Positions 1 through 7,642 of a stretch of DNA of 15,893 bases are shown here, in pieces; position 1 is the stretch's first letter, and each line of letters opens with the position of its first letter. Where the stretch lies: contig JAEOTE010000158.1 in NCBI GenBank assembly GCA_016839945.1, forward strand, positions 1 through 15,893, given 5' to 3'. This stretch comes from Candidatus Heimdallarchaeota archaeon (lineage in GTDB: Archaea > Asgardarchaeota > Heimdallarchaeia > Heimdallarchaeales > Heimdallarchaeaceae). The position numbers were made by a program, and so were the translations under genes. The notes below the pieces were generated by a model. The model worked only from the letters and a program-made list of their open reading frames with translations, had not been told where the DNA came from and did no database searches.

Positions 1-2
1 CC

Positions 3-1406
3 AGCAAAATCAATGAATATTTTTTTGGAGATATAGCTTGTGGTTCTGGAAACCTAATAATTTCTTTATTGAACAAAATCAAGAAATTTGTTGAAACTCT
101 AGAAGTTAATAGACTTATAACTAATTTTTTTTCAAACAACGTTTATTGTTACGATATTGATCCAATAGCTTTATGGCTTTGCAAGGCTAGAATGCTGTTT
201 TTCTTTTCGTATAATTTTCCTAAACTTCCATTGCCTGATTTATCATCAAATTTGATACTAGGAAACTCCCTTTCTAACTCCACAATTAAGAAAAACCTAC
301 GTTTTGATTTTCTTATATTAAATCCTCCTTACATGTGTTATGGACTAAGAAATTCTCAAGAATATACAAAAGAATACAAAAGATATTTACGAAAAAGATT
401 CTTCTCAGCAGAATACAAACTGAGTTTATACCCAATATTCATTGAAAGATGTTTGGAGCTATTGAAGAATGATGGGATACTAGGAATTATCACTCCTGAT
501 TCATATTTACTTGGACGTTATTACTCCAAAATTCGATCATTTATCCTTAACAATTCACAGATATTAGATATCTCTTTACTTGGTTTTGAACCATTTAAAG
601 GAGTTACACTAGGACGACCCACAATAACGTTTCTTAAGAAAAATACACAAGGACATAGGAACAATAAATTCTTAGCTTGTTGGATTGAATCGTATCCCTC
701 AATGATTAAGGAAGAGTGGATTGAACAAACAAATGCTATATCAAATATTCTTAATGACACATTAAATCGTTTTTATGTCTTCTTTAGTCAAGAAGATGAA
801 AAGTATGTTAAAAAATGGGTAGAAGAATCATCCCATTCCATTCAGGATATTGCTACAATACACACTGGTGTGCGTAGCCGCGTTGGAAAAAAAAGAATTA
901 TCTCAGAATCCAAAAAAGGAACAACATGGAGAAGAGGAATTATTTCTGGAAGTCAAGTCAAACCCTTTTGTTTGGATTACAAAAATCATTGGTTGAATAT
1001 TGATCCTTCTATCTTATGGTCAGGAGGATTTAGTGATGAGATTGTTGAAAATCCTAAGATTATTTTAAGGCAAACAGGATATCACATAAGCTGTTGTGTC
1101 GATACTGAAGGTTATTACCATTTAAACAATTGCCACGCTTTATCTCCAAAGAATAAAGATCTTAATCTTTATGCTTTAGCAGTGATTCTTAACTCTCCTG
1201 AATTCAACAGGTTATATAATATCTTAAGTATAGAGAAAGGTCGATCATTAGCTCAGATTGATATTGAGTTTCTACTTAGGTTTCCATTAATCAAGGTTGA
1301 TAAGAAGACAGAAGAAAAATTAGAGGAATTTTATTTTGAACAAAATAAAAGAATAACCTCTGGAGTGGAACCTCATGAATACTCTATTAATGATTTTCTC
1401 AAATAA
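3..1406 (+). CDS. N6-adenine DNA methyltransferase, gamma class (Eco57I/TaqI-like with C-terminal TaqI_C-like target recognition domain); 5'-truncated by the window edge
   Basis: The frame is open from nt 3 (SKINEYFFGDIACGSGNLII...), upstream of the ORF-track start at 69, and contains SAM-binding motif I (DIACGSG). It is followed by YDID, ILGNSL, catalytic motif IV NPPY, LYPIFIE...LLKNDGILGIITPDSYL and a C-terminal KIILRQT...LNS region typical of TaqI_C. Confidence 0.9.
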   Translation, partial: SKINEYFFGDIACGSGNLIISLLNKIKKFVETLEVNRLITNFFSNNVYCYDIDPIALWLCKARMLFFFSYNFPKLPLPDLSSNLILGNSLSNSTIKKNLRFDFLILNPPYMCYGLRNSQEYTKEYKRYLRKRFFSAEYKLSLYPIFIERCLELLKNDGILGIITPDSYLLGRYYSKIRSFILNNSQILDISLLGFEPFKGVTLGRPTITFLKKNTQGHRNNKFLACWIESYPSMIKEEWIEQTNAISNILNDTLNRFYVFFSQEDEKYVKKWVEESSHSIQDIATIHTGVRSRVGKKRIISESKKGTTWRRGIISGSQVKPFCLDYKNHWLNIDPSILWSGGFSDEIVENPKIILRQTGYHISCCVDTEGYYHLNNCHALSPKNKDLNLYALAVILNSPEFNRLYNILSIEKGRSLAQIDIEFLLRFPLIKVDKKTEEKLEEFYFEQNKRITSGVEPHEYSINDFLK

Positions 1407-1409
1407 TTA

Positions 1410-2423
1410 TTAAGACATTTTTTCTTCTAACCAGCTTACTATATTTTCCAAGAAACCTGGAATGAACTCATCTTTTTTTATTGTTTCTTCTGTAAGAAAA
1501 TTATGATTAGCTTTTGGAAACATCATACTCGTACAATCTTTATTTTTTCCTTTCTTCAGAGCTGATTCAATTTTCTCTTTGTGAAGATCTGGAGGGTGCA
1601 TCAAGTCTGATTCACCAAATACTAACAATATTGGGCATTTCACTTTTTCATAAGCTTCTGTTGGTTCGAACTTCAAGAAAAACTCATACATTGGAGTTTT
1701 TCCTTGAAATATCAGAAATCCCTCATATGTAGAATTAATATATTTTTCAAGAGTGTCAAATTGAGCTCGTTTTTTATCTGTCATTTTGAAAAATTTATTT
1801 GATAATTTTCCAATAACCTCAGTTTTTACTTCCTCCAAATCTTCATGTCCTTGAATGGCTCTGATCATCTTTACGAGTAATTCAGCTCCTTCAACACTTT
1901 CTTTTTCTGACTCTCCTAAGTCAAAAGACATGAATGTTCGTGAGATTAAAGCTGTTTCATGACCAATTAATCCATGACCACCAATGGGTATAATAAAAGC
2001 TACATCTTCTGATTTAGATGCAGCTAAAGTGGCTATAGTTGCACCAAGACTATGTCCAAGAAATCCTATTCTTTTTGAATCAATGTCTGACCTTTTTTTT
2101 AGTACTCTTAATGCTTCTAAAGCTTCATCTACAAGGTCATCAAATGTATAGTCTGACCATTTGATTTCTGATAACTCCCCTGAACCTCTATCATCGTATC
2201 TCAAAGCTGCAAATCCTTTCTTAGCTAATTTATGAGCAAAAATTTGATATCTTTTGAATCCTTGAGTCTCGTAATCTCTCCTACTAGGTCCATATCCACT
2301 TAGAAGAATCACACATGGATGTTTGCCTTTTTTCTTTGGAAGTGTAAGAGTCCCTTTCAAGAAAACTTTGTCAATTCTAAGTTTTATTTCAGATTCTGTG
2401 AATTTGTAATCCTTTTTTGACAT
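1410..2423 (-). CDS. Alpha/beta-fold serine hydrolase (S9/S15/S33-like esterase/peptidase)
   Basis: Motifs GTLTLP...LLSGYGP..RD and RYDDRGSG, nucleophile elbow GHSLG, acid GESD and catalytic His in ANHNF. Preferred start is the ATG at 2423 (MSKKDY), which has a purine-rich leader and a TATA-like box upstream, rather than 2510. Confidence 0.88.
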   Translation of the reverse strand: MSKKDYKFTESEIKLRIDKVFLKGTLTLPKKKGKHPCVILLSGYGPSRRDYETQGFKRYQIFAHKLAKKGFAALRYDDRGSGELSEIKWSDYTFDDLVDEALEALRVLKKRSDIDSKRIGFLGHSLGATIATLAASKSEDVAFIIPIGGHGLIGHETALISRTFMSFDLGESEKESVEGAELLVKMIRAIQGHEDLEEVKTEVIGKLSNKFFKMTDKKRAQFDTLEKYINSTYEGFLIFQGKTPMYEFFLKFEPTEAYEKVKCPILLVFGESDLMHPPDLHKEKIESALKKGKNKDCTSMMFPKANHNFLTEETIKKDEFIPGFLENIVSWLEEKMS

Positions 2424-2452
2424 TTTTCTTCTTCCTAGAATCAAATCAGTAT

Positions 2453-2460
2453 CTATAAAA
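2453..2460 (-). promoter_or_regulatory. Putative archaeal TATA box for the hydrolase
   Basis: Minus strand reads TTTTATAG about 30 nt upstream of the ATG at 2423. The AT-rich background limits certainty. Confidence 0.35.
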
Positions 2461-2525
2461 CAAGAGTTTCTATCTATTAATAGTTTTTGAGAAATTCTCC
2501 ACATCTTCATATGTTCTATCCAATA

Positions 2526-2536
2526 TTTTAAATATA
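2526..2536 (+). promoter_or_regulatory. Putative archaeal TATA box for the cysQ-sat/cysC operon
   Basis: TTTTAAATATA ends about 30 nt upstream of the GTG at 2566. Confidence 0.4.
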
Positions 2537-2565
2537 GCAGACTTTAGGGTAGAAACTGAAAACCA

Positions 2566-3375
2566 GTGAATTCAGAACATACGAAGAATTTTGAGAAAGA
2601 GTTCAAAATTTTATGTGAAGCAGCAAAAAAAGCAAGCTTAAAACTTCTTGAAATTGCTGAAAAAGGTTTTGAAAAATCTTTCAAAAAAAACGATGATCCT
2701 GTAACAACTGGTGACCTTATTGTAAATAGTATTCTGCAAGAAGAATTTTCAAAAAATTTCCCAGAAATTGGATGGTTATCAGAAGAAACACGTGATAATG
2801 AAAACCGTCTTACAAAAGAATTGGTTTGGATAGTAGACCCTATTGATGGCACAAAGGAATTTGTCCTAGGAATACCAGAATATAGTATTTCAGTTGCTTT
2901 AGTTGAGGAAGGGCAACCGATTCTAGGATTAATTGCGAATCCACTACGTAATGAACTCTTTACAGCAATAAAAGGTGAAGGAGCTAAGCTCAACGGAGAA
3001 CCCATTCACGTTAAAACAACTCTTTCAGATAAACCTGTTATAGTAGCTAGTAGATCAGAAATTAATCGAGGGGAATTTGAACCTTTTGAAGAAAAAGCTG
3101 AAGTTGTTCCTACAGGTTCTATAGCTTACAAACTTGCTTTAGTTGCTTGTGGAAAAGCTGATGGAACCTTCAGTTTAGGAAATAAGCACGAATGGGATAT
3201 TGCAGCGGGATGTCTAATTTTGGCAGAAGCTGGAGGAAAAGTTTCTGACAAACATGGTGAATCTTTTATATTTAATCAGAAAGATACACTTATTGATTCC
3301 ATAGTTGGAACATCAGAGATTGCTTCTCAGCAGATATCTGAAATGATTAAAGAAGTGAGGAAAAAAAATGAGTAA
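2566..3375 (+). CDS. cysQ: 3'(2'),5'-bisphosphate nucleotidase (PAP phosphatase), inositol monophosphatase superfamily
   Basis: Metal-binding motifs DPVTTGD, LSEE, WIVDPIDGTKEF and HEWDIAAG. GTG start. It overlaps the sat start by 8 nt (ATGAGTAA), consistent with translational coupling. Confidence 0.9.
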   Translation: MNSEHTKNFEKEFKILCEAAKKASLKLLEIAEKGFEKSFKKNDDPVTTGDLIVNSILQEEFSKNFPEIGWLSEETRDNENRLTKELVWIVDPIDGTKEFVLGIPEYSISVALVEEGQPILGLIANPLRNELFTAIKGEGAKLNGEPIHVKTTLSDKPVIVASRSEINRGEFEPFEEKAEVVPTGSIAYKLALVACGKADGTFSLGNKHEWDIAAGCLILAEAGGKVSDKHGESFIFNQKDTLIDSIVGTSEIASQQISEMIKEVRKKNE

Positions 3376-5110
3376 AGAAAGTAAACTAATACTCCCACAT
3401 GGAGGAAAATTAGTTGATTTAACTGTAACAGATGAAAAAATAAGATTTGATCTTTTGGAAAAAGCAAAAACTCTTCCAGTTTGGAAGCTAGATGAAAGAA
3501 GTCTCTCAGATTTGGAATGTATTAGTTCAGGAGTTTATTCTCCGTTAACTGGATATCTGGGAGAAGAGGATTATAACACTGTTTTAAAAAACATGAGATT
3601 AACAAATGGTGTTGTATGGCCTATTCCTATAACTCTAGCTGTTAACGAAGATTTTGCATCAAAATTAAATGTAGGGGATGAAATCACTCTTGTTTGGGAA
3701 GAGATTCATATCGGTTTATTAAAAATCTCTGACATCTATAGACCTGATAAAAAAGAAGAAGCAATCAACATATATAAAACAGATGATAGTAGTCATCCAG
3801 GTGTTGCAGCTTTATATCAATCAGGAAACACATATTTAGGAGGAGAAATTAAACTTATTGAAGAAATTCCTCACAAAGATTTCAAAGAATATAGATTTAC
3901 TCCTAGGCTAACCAGAAAGATTTTTGCAGAGAAAGGATGGGATACAGTTGTAGCTTTTCAGACTCGCAACCCTATCCACCGTAGTCATGAACACCTTCAA
4001 AAAATAGCCCTAGAATCAGTTGAAGGTCTTTTTGTTAATCCGCTTGTTGGTTCAACTAAAAAAGATGATATTCCAAATCATGTAAGAATGGAAACATACA
4101 ACGTGATTCTGAATAATTATTATCCAAGAGATAGAACATTTTTAGGAGTTTATCCTGCAAACATGAGATATGCAGGACCTCGAGAAGCAATTCTACATGC
4201 AATAAGTAGACAGAATTATGGATGTTCGCATATTATTATCGGGAGGGATCATGCCGGTGTTTCGTGGAAAACAGGTGCTTATGGAACTTATGAAGCTCAA
4301 GAGATTTTCGATCAATTTTCAAAAGAAGAATTAATGATCAAACCCATGAATTTTGAACATGCTTTTTATTGTAAACTTTGTGATCAAATGGTTACACTTA
4401 GAACATGTCCTCATGGGAAAGATGCACATGTTTTCATAAGTGGTACTAAGGTTCGTGAGATGTTATCGAATGGAGAGATGTTGCCAAGAGAGTTTTCAAG
4501 ACCAGAAGTTGCTATGATTCTTATTGATGCTATAAATAACAAGCGACTTCAACCTGCTCCACAAAAGGGTGCAACAGTCTTGTTTACTGGTTTAAGTGGA
4601 AGTGGAAAAACAACAATCTCAAAGGTTGTTGAATCTGAACTTAAAAAACGAGGATATCTTGTTGAAAGATTAGATGCTGATATTGTCAGACAAAATCTGA
4701 GTAAAGGACTCGGATTTTCCAAAGAGGACCGCGATGAAAATATCCGTCGTGTTGGTTTTGTCTGTCATCTATTATCTAGAAACAATGTGTTAGCATTGAT
4801 GGCAAACATAAGTCCGTACATCTCAATTCGTGAAGAGATCAGACAAAGAATTAAAGATTTCGTTGAAGTTTATGTTAAATGTCCTGTAGATGTATGTAAA
4901 ACTCGTGACATTAAGGGTCTCTATGAAAAAGCAGAGCAAGGTATAATTAAGAATTTCACTGGTGTTTCTGATCCATATGAGGAGCCCAATTATCCTGAGG
5001 TTATTTGCGAAACGGATAAAGAAACTGTAGAAGAAAGTGTTCAAAAAGTATTAGACAAACTGGAAGAATTAGGTTATATAGAAACAATTAAACTTCAAGA
5101 ACCAATCTAG
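3368..5110 (+). CDS. sat: Bifunctional sulfate adenylyltransferase / adenylyl-sulfate kinase (Sat-CysC fusion, PAPS synthase)
   Basis: The N-terminal ATP sulfurylase has PHGGKL, QTRNPIHRSHE (HxxH), MRYAGPREA, GRDHAG and ISGTKVR. The C-terminal APS kinase has an intact P-loop TGLSGSGKTT plus LGFSKEDRDENIRR, ISPY, RDIKGLY and FTGVSDPYEEP. Confidence 0.95.
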   Translation: MSKESKLILPHGGKLVDLTVTDEKIRFDLLEKAKTLPVWKLDERSLSDLECISSGVYSPLTGYLGEEDYNTVLKNMRLTNGVVWPIPITLAVNEDFASKLNVGDEITLVWEEIHIGLLKISDIYRPDKKEEAINIYKTDDSSHPGVAALYQSGNTYLGGEIKLIEEIPHKDFKEYRFTPRLTRKIFAEKGWDTVVAFQTRNPIHRSHEHLQKIALESVEGLFVNPLVGSTKKDDIPNHVRMETYNVILNNYYPRDRTFLGVYPANMRYAGPREAILHAISRQNYGCSHIIIGRDHAGVSWKTGAYGTYEAQEIFDQFSKEELMIKPMNFEHAFYCKLCDQMVTLRTCPHGKDAHVFISGTKVREMLSNGEMLPREFSRPEVAMILIDAINNKRLQPAPQKGATVLFTGLSGSGKTTISKVVESELKKRGYLVERLDADIVRQNLSKGLGFSKEDRDENIRRVGFVCHLLSRNNVLALMANISPYISIREEIRQRIKDFVEVYVKCPVDVCKTRDIKGLYEKAEQGIIKNFTGVSDPYEEPNYPEVICETDKETVEESVQKVLDKLEELGYIETIKLQEPI

Positions 5111-5119
5111 TTTATTTTT

Positions 5120-5983
5120 TCATTTTTGAACAAAGAAAAATACTATAGTAAAGATAGTTATCATTAAAAGAGCAATTACTATAATTAGCGATATTTGTTT
5201 TCCCTTCATTTTATGCTTCAGAAAGTTTCCTATAATTGCTCCAATTGGCATTGTTACAGCTAAAATTGAAAATAGAATCCAATCAATATTCCCCAAAAGA
5301 GTGTGTGTAATCCCTCCTGCAGTAGCTTTTATTGATATAACAAATAATGAAGTCCCTGAAGCTATTAAAGGTGAAAGACCAAATAAAATAATTAAAATAG
5401 GTGTTTGCAACCATCCAGCACTTATTCCGATTAAACCTGTTATAATTCCTAGCAAAACACCAAGAAAGAATACTAATGTCATACTAATTTCATAAGTAAT
5501 ACCTTTGTGTTCAATTTTCATTATAGGTTTAATTCTTGATATTTTTGTAAGAGCTGTTTGTGTTGAATCAGAATCATTTTCTTCTGATACTTCGTCTTTC
5601 TTCTTTCCATTTTTGATTGTATAGATTATCATATTTATACAGAATATAAGAGCTAAAGAACACACTAATATGACAACTACTAAATCATTTATTACTGAAG
5701 TTACAAAGGCTCCTGCTATCGCACCAGCTGCTGAAGGTAATCCCATTAGTAAACCAAATTTCCAATCTACTTCATCCTTTCTCCAAGCTAATATTGTTCC
5801 AACTATTGTAGGGAAGATCATTGCAAGAAGTACTGTCCCTACAACTATTTCAGAATCATAATAAAATACCGTAATCAAGAGAGGTACAAGAAAACTACCC
5901 CCACCAAATCCTCCTATATTACCCAGAACAGAAACACCTACTGCTACAATTCCAATTAGGATGATTTCTAAAGGAGTAATCAC
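5120..5983 (-). CDS. TauE/SafE (DUF81, TSUP) family sulfur-oxyanion permease
   Basis: About 8 hydrophobic segments. Internally duplicated Gly-rich motifs (GGFGGGSFLVP and GLIGISAGWLQTP) with A.GTSL. GTG start, TGA stop. Confidence 0.88.
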   Translation of the reverse strand: MITPLEIILIGIVAVGVSVLGNIGGFGGGSFLVPLLITVFYYDSEIVVGTVLLAMIFPTIVGTILAWRKDEVDWKFGLLMGLPSAAGAIAGAFVTSVINDLVVVILVCSLALIFCINMIIYTIKNGKKKDEVSEENDSDSTQTALTKISRIKPIMKIEHKGITYEISMTLVFFLGVLLGIITGLIGISAGWLQTPILIILFGLSPLIASGTSLFVISIKATAGGITHTLLGNIDWILFSILAVTMPIGAIIGNFLKHKMKGKQISLIIVIALLMITIFTIVFFFVQK

Positions 5984-6004
5984 AAAATAGTTTATTTTGA
6001 TATG

Positions 6005-6015
6005 TTTTTAAATAT
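6005..6015 (-). promoter_or_regulatory. Putative TATA box for the TauE/SafE gene
   Basis: Minus strand reads ATATTTAAAAA about 22-32 nt upstream of the GTG at 5983. Confidence 0.35.
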
Positions 6016-6027
6016 AGTGAAAAGAGT

Positions 6028-7479
6028 TTATTTGATTCCTTCTATTATTTTCTTGATATTTTCAGAAATGTTTTTTACAGAATTTCTTTTAAAGAATAAA
6101 TTTGCATCGAATTCTTTGCTTTTTGTCTTGCTTAGAGAACTAATGAAATCTTTTACAGAACTTATTTTAGTTGCATTTTCTGTTTCTATTAGATATTGCA
6201 TATATTCATATCCAGGAGCACTAAAAATCATTGTTTTTAGTCCATAGCTTAATCCTTCGTAAATAGCTGTAGAATTCACTCCAATTTGAATCGTTGATTC
6301 ACTAAATAATTCATGTATATTTTTTCCTGTGTGATCCACTATTTTCAATGTGCTTTTATCAAGCTTAGGATATATCTCTTTCCAATTTGAATACTCTCCT
6401 GGATGTAGTTTGTAAATAATCTCATAATCGAGATTTTTTTCCTTACTTAATGCGGCTGCAAATTTTGAAAGTTCATGTCCTACAAATGGTTGAGAAAGGA
6501 TAAGAATTTGTTTTCTTTTCTTTTTGTTTTCATATTCTTTTTGTAGAATTTCAAGCTCTGTATGTCCAACACTGAGTATATTTTTCTTATCTATAGGATA
6601 TGTAACAGAATTTTTCCAATAATCTCCAAACGTGAAAAGATAATCAGGAAAGGTAATTTTTCGTGCTTTTTTTCCTTCAAAAGAATATCCTGGATGAAAG
6701 CGTGTGATCACACCATGTTGTAATTCTATTGTTGGTATGTTTTGTTCTCTGCAAGTTTCTATAAATTCCTCCTTACCATAACTGCAAACCAATAATACTA
6801 TTTTTGGCTTAATTCTTCTTAATATACTGATATAGTAAGGTTTGATTCTTTTCCTAATAGTTAGAATATCAGTTACTAGTTTTCTGATGTTTATCCTTAC
6901 TTTGAATAATAGTGATATTTCTTCAGTAATTTTATCTAATAGAACTTTTTCCTCAGAAGAAAGTTTAATCTTGCCGATACCCCATATTCTTTTCATAAGG
7001 ACTAATAAATCAATATATGCAAAGTGTAGAAGATTTCTTGTTTTTGCTGGTTTGAGGTATTGAAATCCAAATGGTCCTTCTATTGATACAGAGGAATATT
7101 CTAATTCTTCTATAAAATAATCTGTAAATACATCCCACCATTTTCCATCAGATAATTTTTTTCTTCTTGAACTGCTTAATATTAATATATCACTATTCTT
7201 AGAGAGAAGCGGATTCTTTTTTAATTGGAAAATAGATTTGAAGAGATAATCTGCTTTTAATACATAATTTCTAATTTTTCTCTTTGGGAATTGATGTGAT
7301 ATTATTTCTTCCTTATCTTCTTGCATCAGTTTAGTTGTAAATATATTCTTGAAAACATGAAATCTAATTCTCTCCCAGAACAAAACTTCATCAACTTTTA
7401 AATCAAAAAGCGATAATCTTTCTTCAAATTGAGTATATTTCTCAAAAGCTTCTTTTATAGAAATATCTCCTTTACTCAT
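6028..7479 (-). CDS. Surface-carbohydrate biosynthesis protein, GT-B fold, TagF-like / CMP- or CDP-donor transferase-like
   Basis: Motifs TIELQHG, PDYLFTFG, IIYKLHPGE and GVNSTAIYEG, i.e. the HG, HP and ST motifs of the glycerophosphotransferase/sialyltransferase/capsule-synthesis-like group. Start is either ATG 7479 or TTG 7488. It lies next to nucleotide-sugar genes. Confidence 0.6.
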   Translation of the reverse strand: MSKGDISIKEAFEKYTQFEERLSLFDLKVDEVLFWERIRFHVFKNIFTTKLMQEDKEEIISHQFPKRKIRNYVLKADYLFKSIFQLKKNPLLSKNSDILILSSSRRKKLSDGKWWDVFTDYFIEELEYSSVSIEGPFGFQYLKPAKTRNLLHFAYIDLLVLMKRIWGIGKIKLSSEEKVLLDKITEEISLLFKVRINIRKLVTDILTIRKRIKPYYISILRRIKPKIVLLVCSYGKEEFIETCREQNIPTIELQHGVITRFHPGYSFEGKKARKITFPDYLFTFGDYWKNSVTYPIDKKNILSVGHTELEILQKEYENKKKRKQILILSQPFVGHELSKFAAALSKEKNLDYEIIYKLHPGEYSNWKEIYPKLDKSTLKIVDHTGKNIHELFSESTIQIGVNSTAIYEGLSYGLKTMIFSAPGYEYMQYLIETENATKISSVKDFISSLSKTKSKEFDANLFFKRNSVKNISENIKKIIEGIK

Positions 7480-7610
7480 ACTATTCAACTACCTTGTTCG
7501 TTGTTTCAATTTAAGTCCATGTAATTTATGGAATAGATGTTTATAAATTTAGTTTCCTTTATAGTAATAAATCTCATAGAGATAAGATAGATAGAGTATA
7601 AGTAAATAAA

Positions 7611-7618
7611 CTTAAAAG
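7611..7618 (+). promoter_or_regulatory. Putative TATA-like box for the nucleotide-sugar dehydrogenase
   Basis: A-rich BRE-like stretch followed by CTTAAAAG about 25-32 nt upstream of the ATG at 7643. Confidence 0.3.
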
Positions 7619-7642
7619 AAGATTTTTGCTTCTTACATCATA

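Noticed and set aside
2544-3005. 153-aa minus-strand ORF
   Set aside because: Antisense shadow of cysQ, Ser/Phe-rich as expected from reverse-complemented Glu/Lys codons, with no motifs.
3368-5110. Dissimilatory sulfate reduction or sulfur oxidation role for Sat
   Set aside because: Fusion to an intact APS kinase, coupling to cysQ and the absence of apr/dsr/qmo genes in the window point to PAPS synthesis.
7516-7532. Inverted repeat TCCAT-N7-ATGGA
   Set aside because: 5-bp arms are expected by chance and no second copy was noticed.
7576-7610. AGAT/AGTA-rich low-complexity run in the divergent intergenic region
   Set aside because: Short and irregular, with no repeat-spacer structure. Not a CRISPR array or a convincing tandem repeat.
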